Below, one piece after another: positions 36,089-46,945 of a stretch of DNA of 57,057 nt. Position numbers and translations under genes: made by a program. This DNA comes from an archaeon (GTDB taxonomy: Archaea; Nanobdellota; Nanobdellia; Woesearchaeales; GW2011-AR15). The stretch lies in NCBI GenBank assembly GCA_018671515.1, contig JABHHN010000072.1, forward strand, positions 1-57,057, in the 5' to 3' direction. The stretch's first letter is position 1. Each line of letters opens with the position of its first letter. The notes under the pieces were generated by a model. The model searched no databases. It had not been told where the DNA came from and saw only the letters and a program-made list of their open reading frames with translations.

Positions 36089-37990
36089 TTACTTCAATCT
36101 TATTATTTCTAGATTCTTAGGAGATACTGTTTCAAGTCTGAACATTTTATGCAGAGAACTTGCTAAATCAAGACAACGGGACGCTTCTCCGTGATTCATG
36201 AATATCCTTTTAGGTTTTGGCTGACAACGTGATACGAAGCTAACCAGTTCTTTTCTATCAGAATGATCAGAAATCTCTAATTTATGGACATCCATTTTTA
36301 CTTCAACAACATTATTTTTGTTTCCAGTCTTGAATATGATTTCTTTTTCTCCTCTCTGGATTCTTTTTCCTAATGAGCCTTCTCCTTGATAACATGAAAA
36401 GACAAGCGAATTATTTTCATTTCCTGCCAATTCTTTGAAATATTGAACCGAAGGTCCACCTACCATCATACCACTAGTAGCTAAAATTACACATGAACCT
36501 TTATCTTCAATTACTTGTTTTCTTTCTTTACCGCTTCCAACTCTTTTAAATATTGGATTTAAGAATGGATTATTGTCTTTATGGAATATCTGTTTTCTTA
36601 TTGCAGTATTTAAAAATTCAGGGTAAGCTGTGTGAATTGCAGTTATATCCCAAACCATTCCGTCAATATATACATCAAATGGTTCAATTTCTTTATTTCT
36701 TACAAATTCTTCTAATAAAACCATAATGTCCTGAGCTCTTCCTGAACCAAGAACTGGAATTAATACCTTTCCTTTTCTTTTTATAGTATCTTTTAGAACT
36801 GTTAGGAAATATTCTCTTACTTCTTGTTTTGAAGGAAGAATATTATCTCTACCACCATAAGTTGCTTCCATCATCATAGATTCTAATCTTGGAAATTTTG
36901 TATGTGCAGGGTTTAATAAGACACTTTTTCCGTATTTCATATCTGCAGTATACAAGAAATTATGAAGTCCATTTCCAACATGTAGATGGACCATTGCTGA
37001 ACCTAATATATGTCCTGAATTATATAATGTCATCCTTACATCAGGTGTGATATCTGTGACTTCTTCAAAATTTAATGGGATAGTATGTTTTACCATTTCT
37101 TTTATTTCTTCACTTGAATATATAGGATCATTACCATCATTTCTAGCAATTTTTATAAGATCAAGTGCTAAAAGTGACATGACGTCTCTTGTTGGTGCTG
37201 TACAATATACTGGTCCTTTATATCCAAATTTGAAAAGTAAAGGGATAAGTGCAGAATGATCTAAATGAGAATGACTTACTATGACTGCATCAATATCTTC
37301 AATCTTAAATTCAGGTGCTTCAAAATGAGGATACATATGATTCATTGAAGCAACATCAATTCCACAATCTAATATTATACGTGATTCATTTGTTTGTAAT
37401 AAAAAGCAACTTCTACCAACTTGTCTGCCTGCACCTAAAAAAGCAATTCGAATCCATACTTCTTTTTTACTTCTTGTCCATCCATTATATATTCTTTTAC
37501 CAACTTTATGTAAAAATTTTCTTCTATAATCAGAATTCTGGTATAATACTGCTCTAATATTTTCAATAATTTGTGATCTTATTGCAGGTGTTCTTTGAAT
37601 TTGAGGAACCCATAATGTTTTTTCTTTGATGTTTTTTAGGACTTCACCATTTTTTCCAATACCTACACCAGGTTTTTCAGCTTCAATTATTACAATTGAT
37701 CTTTGTGGATCAAATATTATATTGTCAATTTTAGCTTCTTTAGGAACAAGTTTCTTTATTATACTTTCAGTTTCTTCCATATCAAGACATAGTGATGGAT
37801 CAGGTCTTAGCTCTACTCTTTTCTTAACTTTGTTTACAGCACCTTTTATCAGTCCTTTGTTGTCAAAGAAAAATTCCTTTTCCTTTGTATATAGAACAAT
37901 ATTTGCTCCTTCAAAAACAGCATCGCTTATTTTATTAGCAGGAATATCTTCTAATATCTCTCCTCTAATTCCACTATATTTTCCACTCAT
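36089..37990 (-). CDS. Archaeal beta-CASP ribonuclease aCPSF1 / termination factor FttA
   Basis: N-terminal KH domains, VGRSC, SHSHLDH, GHILGS, HSDR, NHGE; adjacent to proteasome beta as is typical. Confidence 0.95.
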   Translation of the reverse strand: MSGKYSGIRGEILEDIPANKISDAVFEGANIVLYTKEKEFFFDNKGLIKGAVNKVKKRVELRPDPSLCLDMEETESIIKKLVPKEAKIDNIIFDPQRSIVIIEAEKPGVGIGKNGEVLKNIKEKTLWVPQIQRTPAIRSQIIENIRAVLYQNSDYRRKFLHKVGKRIYNGWTRSKKEVWIRIAFLGAGRQVGRSCFLLQTNESRIILDCGIDVASMNHMYPHFEAPEFKIEDIDAVIVSHSHLDHSALIPLLFKFGYKGPVYCTAPTRDVMSLLALDLIKIARNDGNDPIYSSEEIKEMVKHTIPLNFEEVTDITPDVRMTLYNSGHILGSAMVHLHVGNGLHNFLYTADMKYGKSVLLNPAHTKFPRLESMMMEATYGGRDNILPSKQEVREYFLTVLKDTIKRKGKVLIPVLGSGRAQDIMVLLEEFVRNKEIEPFDVYIDGMVWDITAIHTAYPEFLNTAIRKQIFHKDNNPFLNPIFKRVGSGKERKQVIEDKGSCVILATSGMMVGGPSVQYFKELAGNENNSLVFSCYQGEGSLGKRIQRGEKEIIFKTGNKNNVVEVKMDVHKLEISDHSDRKELVSFVSRCQPKPKRIFMNHGEASRCLDLASSLHKMFRLETVSPKNLEIIRLK

Positions 37991-38045
37991 TTTTTTCAAC
38001 TTTTTTAATTTTAAAAATTATTAATATAAAAAATAAAGAATAATG

Positions 38046-38684
38046 TTAATCTAATAATGAATATTTAAGTACTTTTGATGTATGTTTTTTTACACCTTCA
38101 TTATCAATTACAAAAATATCTACACCATCACCTGATGCTGAATCTCTCTGTATTGCTGAATTTACTGCTCGCAGTGCAAGTGCAGCAGCATCATCGCTTG
38201 ACATATCTGGTTTATATTCTGCTTCTAAAACTCCAATTGCCATCATACCTCCTGAACCGGAAGTGATGAAATCATCAATCTTTGTAGCTGAACCATCAGG
38301 ATAAATATCATATAATTCTGCGCCAGACGCAGGATCTGAACCAGCAACTAAAAAATGTACTATGCTTGGTAGCATGCTCATTTTTCTAATGCTGCTATAT
38401 ACTAGACCTGCAATCATATTTACGGATTCAACAATCTTATTGTTTCTTCCGCTTCTGATGCTTCTTAATAATAATTCAGCCCTAATTAATTTTATTAAAA
38501 ATTGAATTTCAGAAACTGAACCTGCTGTAGTTATAGCAAGGCTATCATTTATTTTGACTACTTTGTCTGTTTTTTTACCAGCAATAAAGTGTCCTGCTGT
38601 TGCTCTCTTATCTGCTGCCAAGATTACACAATCTTTAGCAACAATACCAACTGTCGTTGTACCTGTTTTCATAGTATCGTTCAT
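38046..38684 (-). CDS. psmB: Proteasome beta subunit
   Basis: KTG/TTTVG propeptide junction, AADKRAT, SGSGG, RDSASG. Confidence 0.96.
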   Translation of the reverse strand: MNDTMKTGTTTVGIVAKDCVILAADKRATAGHFIAGKKTDKVVKINDSLAITTAGSVSEIQFLIKLIRAELLLRSIRSGRNNKIVESVNMIAGLVYSSIRKMSMLPSIVHFLVAGSDPASGAELYDIYPDGSATKIDDFITSGSGGMMAIGVLEAEYKPDMSSDDAAALALRAVNSAIQRDSASGDGVDIFVIDNEGVKKHTSKVLKYSLLD

Positions 38685-38772
38685 TAAATATTCACCCAGA
38701 ACTATTATAAAACGTGTGAAAGCACAAGAAGTTTATAAATTTATTGGGATTAATTGAGATTATTTCTAGAAC

Positions 38773-39414
38773 TTATTTAAATTCAAGAATTTCTTTTTTT
38801 AGATTAAACTTTCCTTTTAGATTATTAATGAATTCTTTTTTATTTTTATTATCCAATAAATTTAGATTATTTTTTCCAATTTTAATTGATTCTTTACAAT
38901 CAAATTTGCAAGGGAAATGAAATATTAATGCATAATCTTTATGTCTATTTAATATGTTATTATAATACGAATATAAATTAGAATCTTTAGCAGCCTTTTC
39001 TATAAATATATTATTTAGGTCTGATTCAGAATCAAAATTATTTGAAAAAAATTCAGAACAACATTTTGGATATCCTAAAAATTTTCCAAGATTTTTATGG
39101 TCATGTACAATTTCATAATAATGTGATTTTACAGCCAAATATTCATCTTTTGAAATATAGACAAACCTCATTCCAATTTCATTTTCTTTTGCAATAATAC
39201 CTTTATTTGAAAATTTTATATTTTTATCTAGTATTTTTATTTTGATATCAGATATTTCAATAAATAGATTATTTTTTTTACAGAATTTTTTTACAATCTT
39301 TAATTCATCATCATAGAATCCTTGTCTTACAACAGGTTTTTTATTTTGCAGAAGAGATAAAATTTCCAATGATTTTATTCTGGTTCCAAATATTGGAATT
39401 AATTCATTAAGCAT
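38773..39414 (-). CDS. DUF483-like protein
   Basis: GKFLGYPKCC and HFPCKFDC motifs. Confidence 0.65.
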   Translation of the reverse strand: MLNELIPIFGTRIKSLEILSLLQNKKPVVRQGFYDDELKIVKKFCKKNNLFIEISDIKIKILDKNIKFSNKGIIAKENEIGMRFVYISKDEYLAVKSHYYEIVHDHKNLGKFLGYPKCCSEFFSNNFDSESDLNNIFIEKAAKDSNLYSYYNNILNRHKDYALIFHFPCKFDCKESIKIGKNNLNLLDNKNKKEFINNLKGKFNLKKEILEFK

Positions 39415-39458
39415 TATGGAAAAATATTTATATGAACTTATTTAAATTTGTATGTAGT

Positions 39459-40454
39459 ATGAATAATAAGAAAGAGAAAAAAAAGGATGATTTGTTTTGG
39501 AAATTTTTAGCAATCATACTATTACTTATTTTATTGACAGCTTTAGCATTAAATGATTCAAATCAAAAAAATACTAATGTTGCAACAAATGAAGAAAATA
39601 CTTTTTTAGATGGTGATGATACAGAAGAATTACTAGAAGCAGAATTTGTTGAAGAAGTACTAAATGTCGAAGAAGAAGGAGTATCTGAATTAGAATCAAG
39701 TGTACCATTAGAAGATTATGATCCTGAATGGACATGTGAAGAAAAATTTGCGTTTTATAGCGGTAAATTATTCAAATATAATTTTAATTTACCATTTATT
39801 GATACAAGAGCACCAGATGAAACACCAAGTAGAGATATATTAGGTGATTTTCCAACTATGGGATATGTAAAAGGAGATTTAATAGATGTATATTCAGATT
39901 TAGAAGATAAACAAATAAAAATTTTTAAATCATTAGAATCAGGAGGCATGTGTTGGTTACTAGCAGAAGCAATAAAAGAGGATGGAGAAAATCCAGATAT
40001 CTGGTTTAAAGAAGATCAGTTTTGTGGAAATATGGATGCAATAGTTGGTGGGTCTGAAAAATCAATTGAGAATTGCGCAGAACTTGCGCAACCAGAACCA
40101 CAAGGAGATTTTTGTTTTACAGAAGAAAATGTTGAAAGTAATTCTGAATGCACATATGATTCAGATGTTGGATGTCCTATGAAAGATAGAAATGGCAAGG
40201 ATCAATGGCAAAAAATTAATGAAGATGCAAAAAGGAAATGTGCAAATATATTAAGTGAAGCAGTTTCATGCTCAGAAAATTGTTGTAGTGATTCAGAACT
40301 TGAATTAGGAGATTATGAAACAAAAAAAACAGTAATAAATACGTATGTAGTAAGTGGTGATAATTGTTATTATTGTGCTGAAAATGCTCAATGGATAATT
40401 GAACCTATAAATTCTGATGATTGTGGAAAAATTAAAACATACATTAGTAATTAA
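39459..40454 (+). CDS. Membrane-anchored, acidic, Cys-rich extracellular protein
   Basis: Basic N-terminus plus one TM helix, Glu-rich linker, many Cys in the C-half. Confidence 0.75.
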   Translation: MNNKKEKKKDDLFWKFLAIILLLILLTALALNDSNQKNTNVATNEENTFLDGDDTEELLEAEFVEEVLNVEEEGVSELESSVPLEDYDPEWTCEEKFAFYSGKLFKYNFNLPFIDTRAPDETPSRDILGDFPTMGYVKGDLIDVYSDLEDKQIKIFKSLESGGMCWLLAEAIKEDGENPDIWFKEDQFCGNMDAIVGGSEKSIENCAELAQPEPQGDFCFTEENVESNSECTYDSDVGCPMKDRNGKDQWQKINEDAKRKCANILSEAVSCSENCCSDSELELGDYETKKTVINTYVVSGDNCYYCAENAQWIIEPINSDDCGKIKTYISN

Positions 40455-40514
40455 TATTTCTTTCAATTTTCTAATCGTATAATTTAAATACACCTTTTAA
40501 TTTCTTTGTGCATA

Positions 40515-41483
40515 ATGTCTAAGAGAAAAAAGAAATTCAAAAGATCAAAAGTAAAAATAAAAAAGGAAATTAAAGTAAAACCTGAAAATCTTTCTTTTTT
40601 AGAAAATGCTAAATCTTACTATATTAAAGAGTATAAAAAACTTCTTTTGATACCTATTGTGTTATTCATCATTTCTGCAATAATTCTTAGTGTGAATTAT
40701 TCAATGACTGGAGATATAATAAATAGAGATGTTTCACTTAAAGGTGGAATTACAATTACTATTAATTCAGATGTACAAATTGAAACTGAAATTTTGCAGA
40801 CATATATTGAGGAATCATCACCTGGTTCATCTGTAAATGTGAGAGTTTCTCAATCTTATGGTAAACAGACAGGAATTATAATCGAAGCTTCAGATATTGA
40901 AGACGATCTTTTGATATCACTTGTAGAAGATAAAATTGGAAAATTGAATAAAGATCATTATAGTGTTGAGACAATGGGTTCTTCACTTGGATCAAGTTTT
41001 TTTAAAGAGATGTTTGTGACACTTCTTTTTGCATTTATTGCAATGGGAATTGTTTTCTTTTATTATTTTAGAAGTCTGACGGCAACAATGGCTGCACTTA
41101 TTTCAGCATTTTTTGACATTTTTATTACACTTGGAATTATTACATTATTAGGTGTAAAATTAACATCAGGTGGAATAGCATCGTTTTTGATGCTTATCAG
41201 TTATTCAATTGATACAAGTATATTGTTATCAACTAAGTTGCTTAAGAAAACTCATGGGACAACAGAAGAAGCAATATTTGGAGCAATGAAAACTGGTCTT
41301 ACAATGAGTGCAGCAGGAATTGCAGCAACAGGAATATCATTTTTATTGACAAACAATGAAGCATTAAGACAGATCATGTTGATTTTAGTCATAGGATTAG
41401 TAATTGATCTTATTACGACATGGATTGAAAATGTAGCATTACTTAGAATATATCTGGAGAAGAAAAATGGGAAAACTAACTAA
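40515..41483 (+). CDS. secF: Protein translocase subunit SecF (archaeal)
   Basis: SLKGG, GSSLG, LMLISYSIDTSILL. Confidence 0.93.
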   Translation: MSKRKKKFKRSKVKIKKEIKVKPENLSFLENAKSYYIKEYKKLLLIPIVLFIISAIILSVNYSMTGDIINRDVSLKGGITITINSDVQIETEILQTYIEESSPGSSVNVRVSQSYGKQTGIIIEASDIEDDLLISLVEDKIGKLNKDHYSVETMGSSLGSSFFKEMFVTLLFAFIAMGIVFFYYFRSLTATMAALISAFFDIFITLGIITLLGVKLTSGGIASFLMLISYSIDTSILLSTKLLKKTHGTTEEAIFGAMKTGLTMSAAGIAATGISFLLTNNEALRQIMLILVIGLVIDLITTWIENVALLRIYLEKKNGKTN

Positions 41484-43092
41484 AGTATTTTCAAGTTTCA
41501 AGATATGGGTATATATCATATTCTTTATAATAACACTTGCAGCAATAAGTCCAAATCCATGGAATAGTGGTGTTGCAATAAGAAATGTAGATCTGAATAG
41601 TACTGCTGAATTAAGCGGAATAAAAAGTGCTAATCCAAATGAAGTTCCTATGGTTAGAGAAAGAATCATAAGTATTAATGGGAATGAAATAAAAAATGTC
41701 GAAGATTACAATAGAATTTTATCAACCATAAAGGTTGATTCATCAGTTAATATTGTAGCAGAAAAATCTCAGTTCATGAGAAAAGACTATAATAATTATG
41801 CATTTAGAGCAGTAGGTGATCAAAATCTTGGAATGACTGTATATGAGGCACCAAAAAGCAATATTAGGCTTGGTCTTGATCTTCAAGGTGGAACAAGGGT
41901 TGTCCTTTCTCCTGATGAAAAATTATCCAAAGATGATATGGATTTATTGATAGATAATTTAAATCAGAGAATTAATGTTTTAGGTTTAAGTGATGTCATT
42001 ATAAGAAATTCACTTGATCTTACAGGAAATCAATTTATCATAATTGAAATTGCTGGAGCAAATGAAAAAGATGTTGAGAATATTTTAGCAAAACAAGGTA
42101 AGTTTGAAGCAAAAATAGCAAATGATACTGTGTTTAGGGGCGGAAAAGAAGATATAACTTTTGTATGTAGAACAAGTGCAGATTGCCAAGGAATTGATCC
42201 TCAGTTTGGGTGTCAGGAATCTGCTCAAGGTGTTGTTTGTAGATATTATTTCCAAATTTCAATTAGTCAAAATGCAGCAAATAAATTTGCAGAAACAACA
42301 AATAAATTAACTGTTTTATATGATGGTGGAGATCCTTCTGGAAGCTTATCAGAACCTATTGATTTTTATTTAGATGATGTAAAAGTACAATCATTGAATA
42401 TTGGTGGAGGTCTTAAAGGAAGACCTGAGACAAGTATTGCAATATCAGTTGTTGGAAGTGGTCTATCAGGTGTTGACGCTAGAAATGATGCAAATGATAG
42501 GATGAAACAAATTCAGACTTTACTTATTACAGGAAGCCTTCCTGTTAAATTAAATATAATTAAAACAGATAGTATATCACCATCTTTAGGAAAAGAATTT
42601 TTACAGAACGCAATGTTGATTGGATTATTATCAATTATTGCTGTAACAGCAATAGTAATATTAAGATATAAGAAATGGAAGATTGCTTTCCCAATAATTA
42701 CAGTTATTACATCAGAGATTTTACTTATTTTGGGAGTTGCTGCATTATTGAAACAGAATATTGATATTGCAGGAATTGCAGGTATTATTGTTGCAATAGG
42801 AACAGGTGTAGATGATCAGATTGTAATTACTGATGAGACTATTGGGAAAGACGATGATGATGAATATAAATTTCTTTCATGGGCTCAGAAATTAAAGAAG
42901 GCATTTTTTATTGTATTTGCAGCATATGCAGCAACTGTAGCATCAATGATTCCATTATTATTTGCAGGTGCAGGATTACTTAAAGGATTTGCAGTAACAA
43001 CAATAATTGGAGTTACAAATGGTGTATTCATCACAAGACCAGCATTCGCAAAGTTGATGGAGATTTTAGTCAGCGATGATGATAAGGAATAG
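41467..43092 (+). CDS. secD: Protein translocase subunit SecD (archaeal, with PDZ-like N-terminal insert)
   Basis: LGLDLQGG, GSLPV, SPSLG, IGTGVDDQIVITDE, ITRPA. Confidence 0.95.
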   Translation: MGKLTKVFSSFKIWVYIIFFIITLAAISPNPWNSGVAIRNVDLNSTAELSGIKSANPNEVPMVRERIISINGNEIKNVEDYNRILSTIKVDSSVNIVAEKSQFMRKDYNNYAFRAVGDQNLGMTVYEAPKSNIRLGLDLQGGTRVVLSPDEKLSKDDMDLLIDNLNQRINVLGLSDVIIRNSLDLTGNQFIIIEIAGANEKDVENILAKQGKFEAKIANDTVFRGGKEDITFVCRTSADCQGIDPQFGCQESAQGVVCRYYFQISISQNAANKFAETTNKLTVLYDGGDPSGSLSEPIDFYLDDVKVQSLNIGGGLKGRPETSIAISVVGSGLSGVDARNDANDRMKQIQTLLITGSLPVKLNIIKTDSISPSLGKEFLQNAMLIGLLSIIAVTAIVILRYKKWKIAFPIITVITSEILLILGVAALLKQNIDIAGIAGIIVAIGTGVDDQIVITDETIGKDDDDEYKFLSWAQKLKKAFFIVFAAYAATVASMIPLLFAGAGLLKGFAVTTIIGVTNGVFITRPAFAKLMEILVSDDDKE

Positions 43093-43165
43093 TTAAAGAA
43101 TTCTTGAAAGTATTTTTTAAAATTTAAATTATTGAATGTATTTATTAGAAAAAATAATTTAAAAT

Positions 43166-44755
43166 TTATTTACACATATCATCTAATTGATAAATTTGTT
43201 TTTCCCCTAATTGTTCTAATTTTTGATTTCCAATAGCGCCTTTTGCAGTTAATCCATGTTTTGTTTCAAATGACTGGCTGTCTTTATTAACATATATTAA
43301 ACCGATTGCAGAATAATGTTCATTTGATAAACTATTATTTGCAACTAATGCTAAATTTTTATTGTGTGGGTCATATTTCTCTAAACCGAATTGATCTAAA
43401 ACACCTGCAAGAATTTCATATTTTCTTTCAATTTCTATAGGTGCTTGGCCAATATTATTTTGGATTTTTAATTTACTTGCTAATTTTTCAAGAACAGTCA
43501 TACCTTTTACTCCTGATGTAGTTGGAGTAGTATAAATTTCATTTTCTAATATTTTATAAACAGAATTTAAATTTTGTTTTTCTAATAATTTTTTAATTTT
43601 GTTTTTTGTAAAAATATTATTTGAACCATTATCAAAATGATCAACTAATAGATTATAGGCAACTTTTATTTTGTGTTCTGCTAAGTCAAATTTATTTATA
43701 TCTATTGAAATATCTTTATAGAATTTTGTTCCATGTTCTCTATTCCATGTAACACAAGGAGATGCGACATCAACGACGGCTGTACCATCATGTAATATTC
43801 CTGCCTTAAAATGATTATTCATTTCTTTTCTATTACCAGAAATTATTCTTGCAACATACGTGGAATCTGACATACCTAATGCTTCCATTACAAAATCAAT
43901 AGGTTCTGTTTTATGCATAGATTTCATTCTTTTTGCTTGCCAACCATTTGGAGCACTAAAACTTGCTTGACCTTTTGTAAGACCGAATACTTCATTTACC
44001 ATTGGTATTATTAATGCATTGATGTTATATTGTATTGCTCTTTTAAAATCTTGTAATCCAATAGCACCCATATCTCCATCACCACCAGCAATGACTCTTA
44101 CAAGTCCAGGCTGAGCAATTAAATTACCAATTGTTTTACTTGGTGAATAGCCATGAGTAACGTGAGATCTATTTGCATTAAATAATCCCTCTAAATAGCT
44201 TAATCCTAGTTTTTCCAAAGGAATTAAATCTTCTTGACGTCCATCTTTTTCTAATGTAACATTAATTGTTCCAACTTCTTCAGCTATTTTTGCTAATAAA
44301 TCATCAGAAATTTTTTCTCTTGCTTCTTCATCAGTTTCACTTAAGACTGCTTTAAACTGAGATGATAATTTTCCTCCACATCCAATACCTGTATTAATTT
44401 CTACAAGCCATCCAGGTAATTGAAAATCATAAATTGTATCAGCAAGTGCTTGTGCAACACCTGTGTGTCCACATCCAAGACACATATTTGCTAAATTTTT
44501 TGCTCCATTATATAAATGAGGATAAATAGGATTTAATTTTTCATCTTGACCATTTGTAAGTTTTTTATAATCAAATTCTACATCACCAACATCAAATTTT
44601 GTATCAATTGATTTAGCAATATCTAAAAAAGGAAGTCCATGAGGTGACTCAGGACCATACCATTCATCATGCCATAAAAATTCTGCACCATTGAATTTAA
44701 CTAAATCTCCTTCTTTATGTACAAGAGTTTCGAGAGTGTTATCATCTGTTGGCAT
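43166..44755 (-). CDS. 2-oxoacid:ferredoxin oxidoreductase beta subunit, divergent and enlarged
   Basis: CLGCGH, GIGC, GGDGD TPP motif, FGLTKGQAS, SPCVTWN. Confidence 0.85.
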   Translation of the reverse strand: MPTDDNTLETLVHKEGDLVKFNGAEFLWHDEWYGPESPHGLPFLDIAKSIDTKFDVGDVEFDYKKLTNGQDEKLNPIYPHLYNGAKNLANMCLGCGHTGVAQALADTIYDFQLPGWLVEINTGIGCGGKLSSQFKAVLSETDEEAREKISDDLLAKIAEEVGTINVTLEKDGRQEDLIPLEKLGLSYLEGLFNANRSHVTHGYSPSKTIGNLIAQPGLVRVIAGGDGDMGAIGLQDFKRAIQYNINALIIPMVNEVFGLTKGQASFSAPNGWQAKRMKSMHKTEPIDFVMEALGMSDSTYVARIISGNRKEMNNHFKAGILHDGTAVVDVASPCVTWNREHGTKFYKDISIDINKFDLAEHKIKVAYNLLVDHFDNGSNNIFTKNKIKKLLEKQNLNSVYKILENEIYTTPTTSGVKGMTVLEKLASKLKIQNNIGQAPIEIERKYEILAGVLDQFGLEKYDPHNKNLALVANNSLSNEHYSAIGLIYVNKDSQSFETKHGLTAKGAIGNQKLEQLGEKQIYQLDDMCK

Positions 44756-46713
44756 TATTTATTTCCTCCAAGATTCATTTTTCTCATTATATAATCTGTA
44801 GTCATCTGGAATCCATCATACTTATTTATAAGATTTATTTTTGGAATTGTAGTTCCTTCAGTAGCTAATACACTTTCACTAAGAATAATTTTTCTTAATT
44901 GACCATCTCTATTTTGCTCTGCAACATAAACATTACCATTATCATATTTATCAATAAATTCTTTGATTAAATCTCTATGTTCTTTAGTAATTGGATGTAC
45001 TGTTTGTAATTGTAAAATATCAACATCATAACCTTGTTTTTCTAAAATTGCTTGGGCTTCTCTAGCAGGTTCAACTACACTTGACCATACAATTAAACCA
45101 TATTTTCCATTTTCTTGACTTCCATCATAAACTTCACTAATGCTTCTTCCATTATTATATTTAATAATGTTAGGTTTTGGAAGCATATCGCTTATTAAAT
45201 CAACTTTTGCAGCAGCCAAATCTGCATGTTTTTTTACATCAATGGATTTTTCGGTATAAACACCACCACCACTTGCATCATAAGGACTTAGCTCTGCTTT
45301 TGCAATTGCACCTCTAAACATACTAGCACCAGGTATTCCTGCAACATGATGTTTTCCTAAATTATCTTCTAATAATCTTGCATAAGCAATTGGGTCTTCA
45401 CTATTAAGGACATTATCAGGAGTTCTCACAATACCTCTATCAATAATTGGTTCATCTATTGATGAAAATTTTGGAACTGTGTATGTATTCATATTTGACC
45501 ATTGATTACCTATACCAATAACAGCTATTCCTCTGTCTGCGATATTATGTGCTACAGCAGGAGTTGTCATAAAAGATTCTATATTACCAGGTGCTAAAAC
45601 TACTCTGAAAGCTTCACTACCTCCTAATGTAGTAGCTATAGTTAAATCTCCATCGTCTGTTCTACTTGGAGCTCCAGTTGCAGTTCCTTTTCTTTGTATG
45701 TTCCAAAGAACTGTACCTGGAATATTAGCATGTGAATGATATGCAAAATTTTCACCCATGTTATTCATTCCTGGCAAAGAAGTTGCAAATGAAACTCTTG
45801 CACCACCTGAACCCATTGCAGATGCAACCATCATTGCCTGTGTTTCGGAGCCAACTTCTAATGAGAACCATTTAGTTGGATCATCACCATATAATTGTTT
45901 AAGAGCTTTATCTATCCAGATGTTCCAATCTGTTGCAGGAGTAATTGGATATCTTGCATTTAATCTTACGCCTGCACGAACAGATGATAAAGCACCTAAT
46001 TGATTCCCAGATGCTAACATATAGTCTTTTTCAAGAGAATCAAATGTTGGTAGATGAAATGATTTATTATTTTCTTTTTGTTGTTGATATAATTCAATTC
46101 CTTGTTCAATCCAACCTTTATTGATTTCTATTGCTTTTTCTTTTCCTTTCCAAAATTGATTTAGACCATTATAAATTTTTTCTGAATCATATCCTTCTTA
46201 ATTTCCAAGTTGACTAAGGATAAAACCTAGTACTATTGAGTGTCTTTTATGTTTAGTATTTAAATTAGCTTTTCTTTCTTCAGGTGTTAATTTTTCTATT
46301 TCACTTAAATCTAATTTGTATATTGTAGCATTTTTAGAATCAAGTAATTGTTGCTGTTTCTCAGTTAATTCAATTTTTTTTGAATCATAAACAAAAACTC
46401 CACCTTCTGTTAGTTTATCAATAAGATCAGGTATTGGCTTTTGATACAGTGCTACAACTAATTGACTTTTTTCTCTTGCACCTTTAAATTTAGATCTATT
46501 TCCTCTAATATCAAAATAATTATCATATGCTTCTCTAACATCAGTTATATTTGAAGGAAATATTCCTTGTGTGCTTGTATGATAACCTGATTGAAAAAGA
46601 ATTCTTGCAAGCATTCCAACTGTTGATTGCATACCTCCACCATTTGGACTTGATAAAGTAACCTGAACGTCAGGATTTCCATCAAAATCTTGTACTATTT
46701 CATCAAGATTCAT
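44755..46713 (-). pseudogene. 2-oxoacid:ferredoxin oxidoreductase gamma-alpha fusion (KorA-type) split by in-frame TAA at 46198-46200
   Basis: ORFs 46198-46713 and 44755-46020 share a frame and the 59 codons between them are open; GGGMQS, SGNQ, YPITPAT, ATSLPG. Confidence 0.8.
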
Positions 46714-46945
46714 CGTAAAATCACACTCAGAACTTCATAGAAATCACAAGAAAAATTGTTAAATTTTGTTTTTTTTTTACACAATGAAATTTTCATTTTA
46801 AAGTATATATTTTCTATTTTTACTACTTGAGAATGGAAAAGAAGTTTAAAACAATATTTAAATATTGTGTTATTATAATAACAAAATATGTTTTTTATTC
46901 TCTAAAACAAAAAACTTTATATTCTTTTATTATTAGATTTTTTAT

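Noticed and set aside
15447-46713. Stop-codon reassignment suggested by three in-frame stops (TAG 15537, TAA 17369, TAA 46198)
   Set aside because: TAA, TAG and TGA all end conserved genes at expected positions, and long genes have no internal stops; isolated mutations or errors fit better
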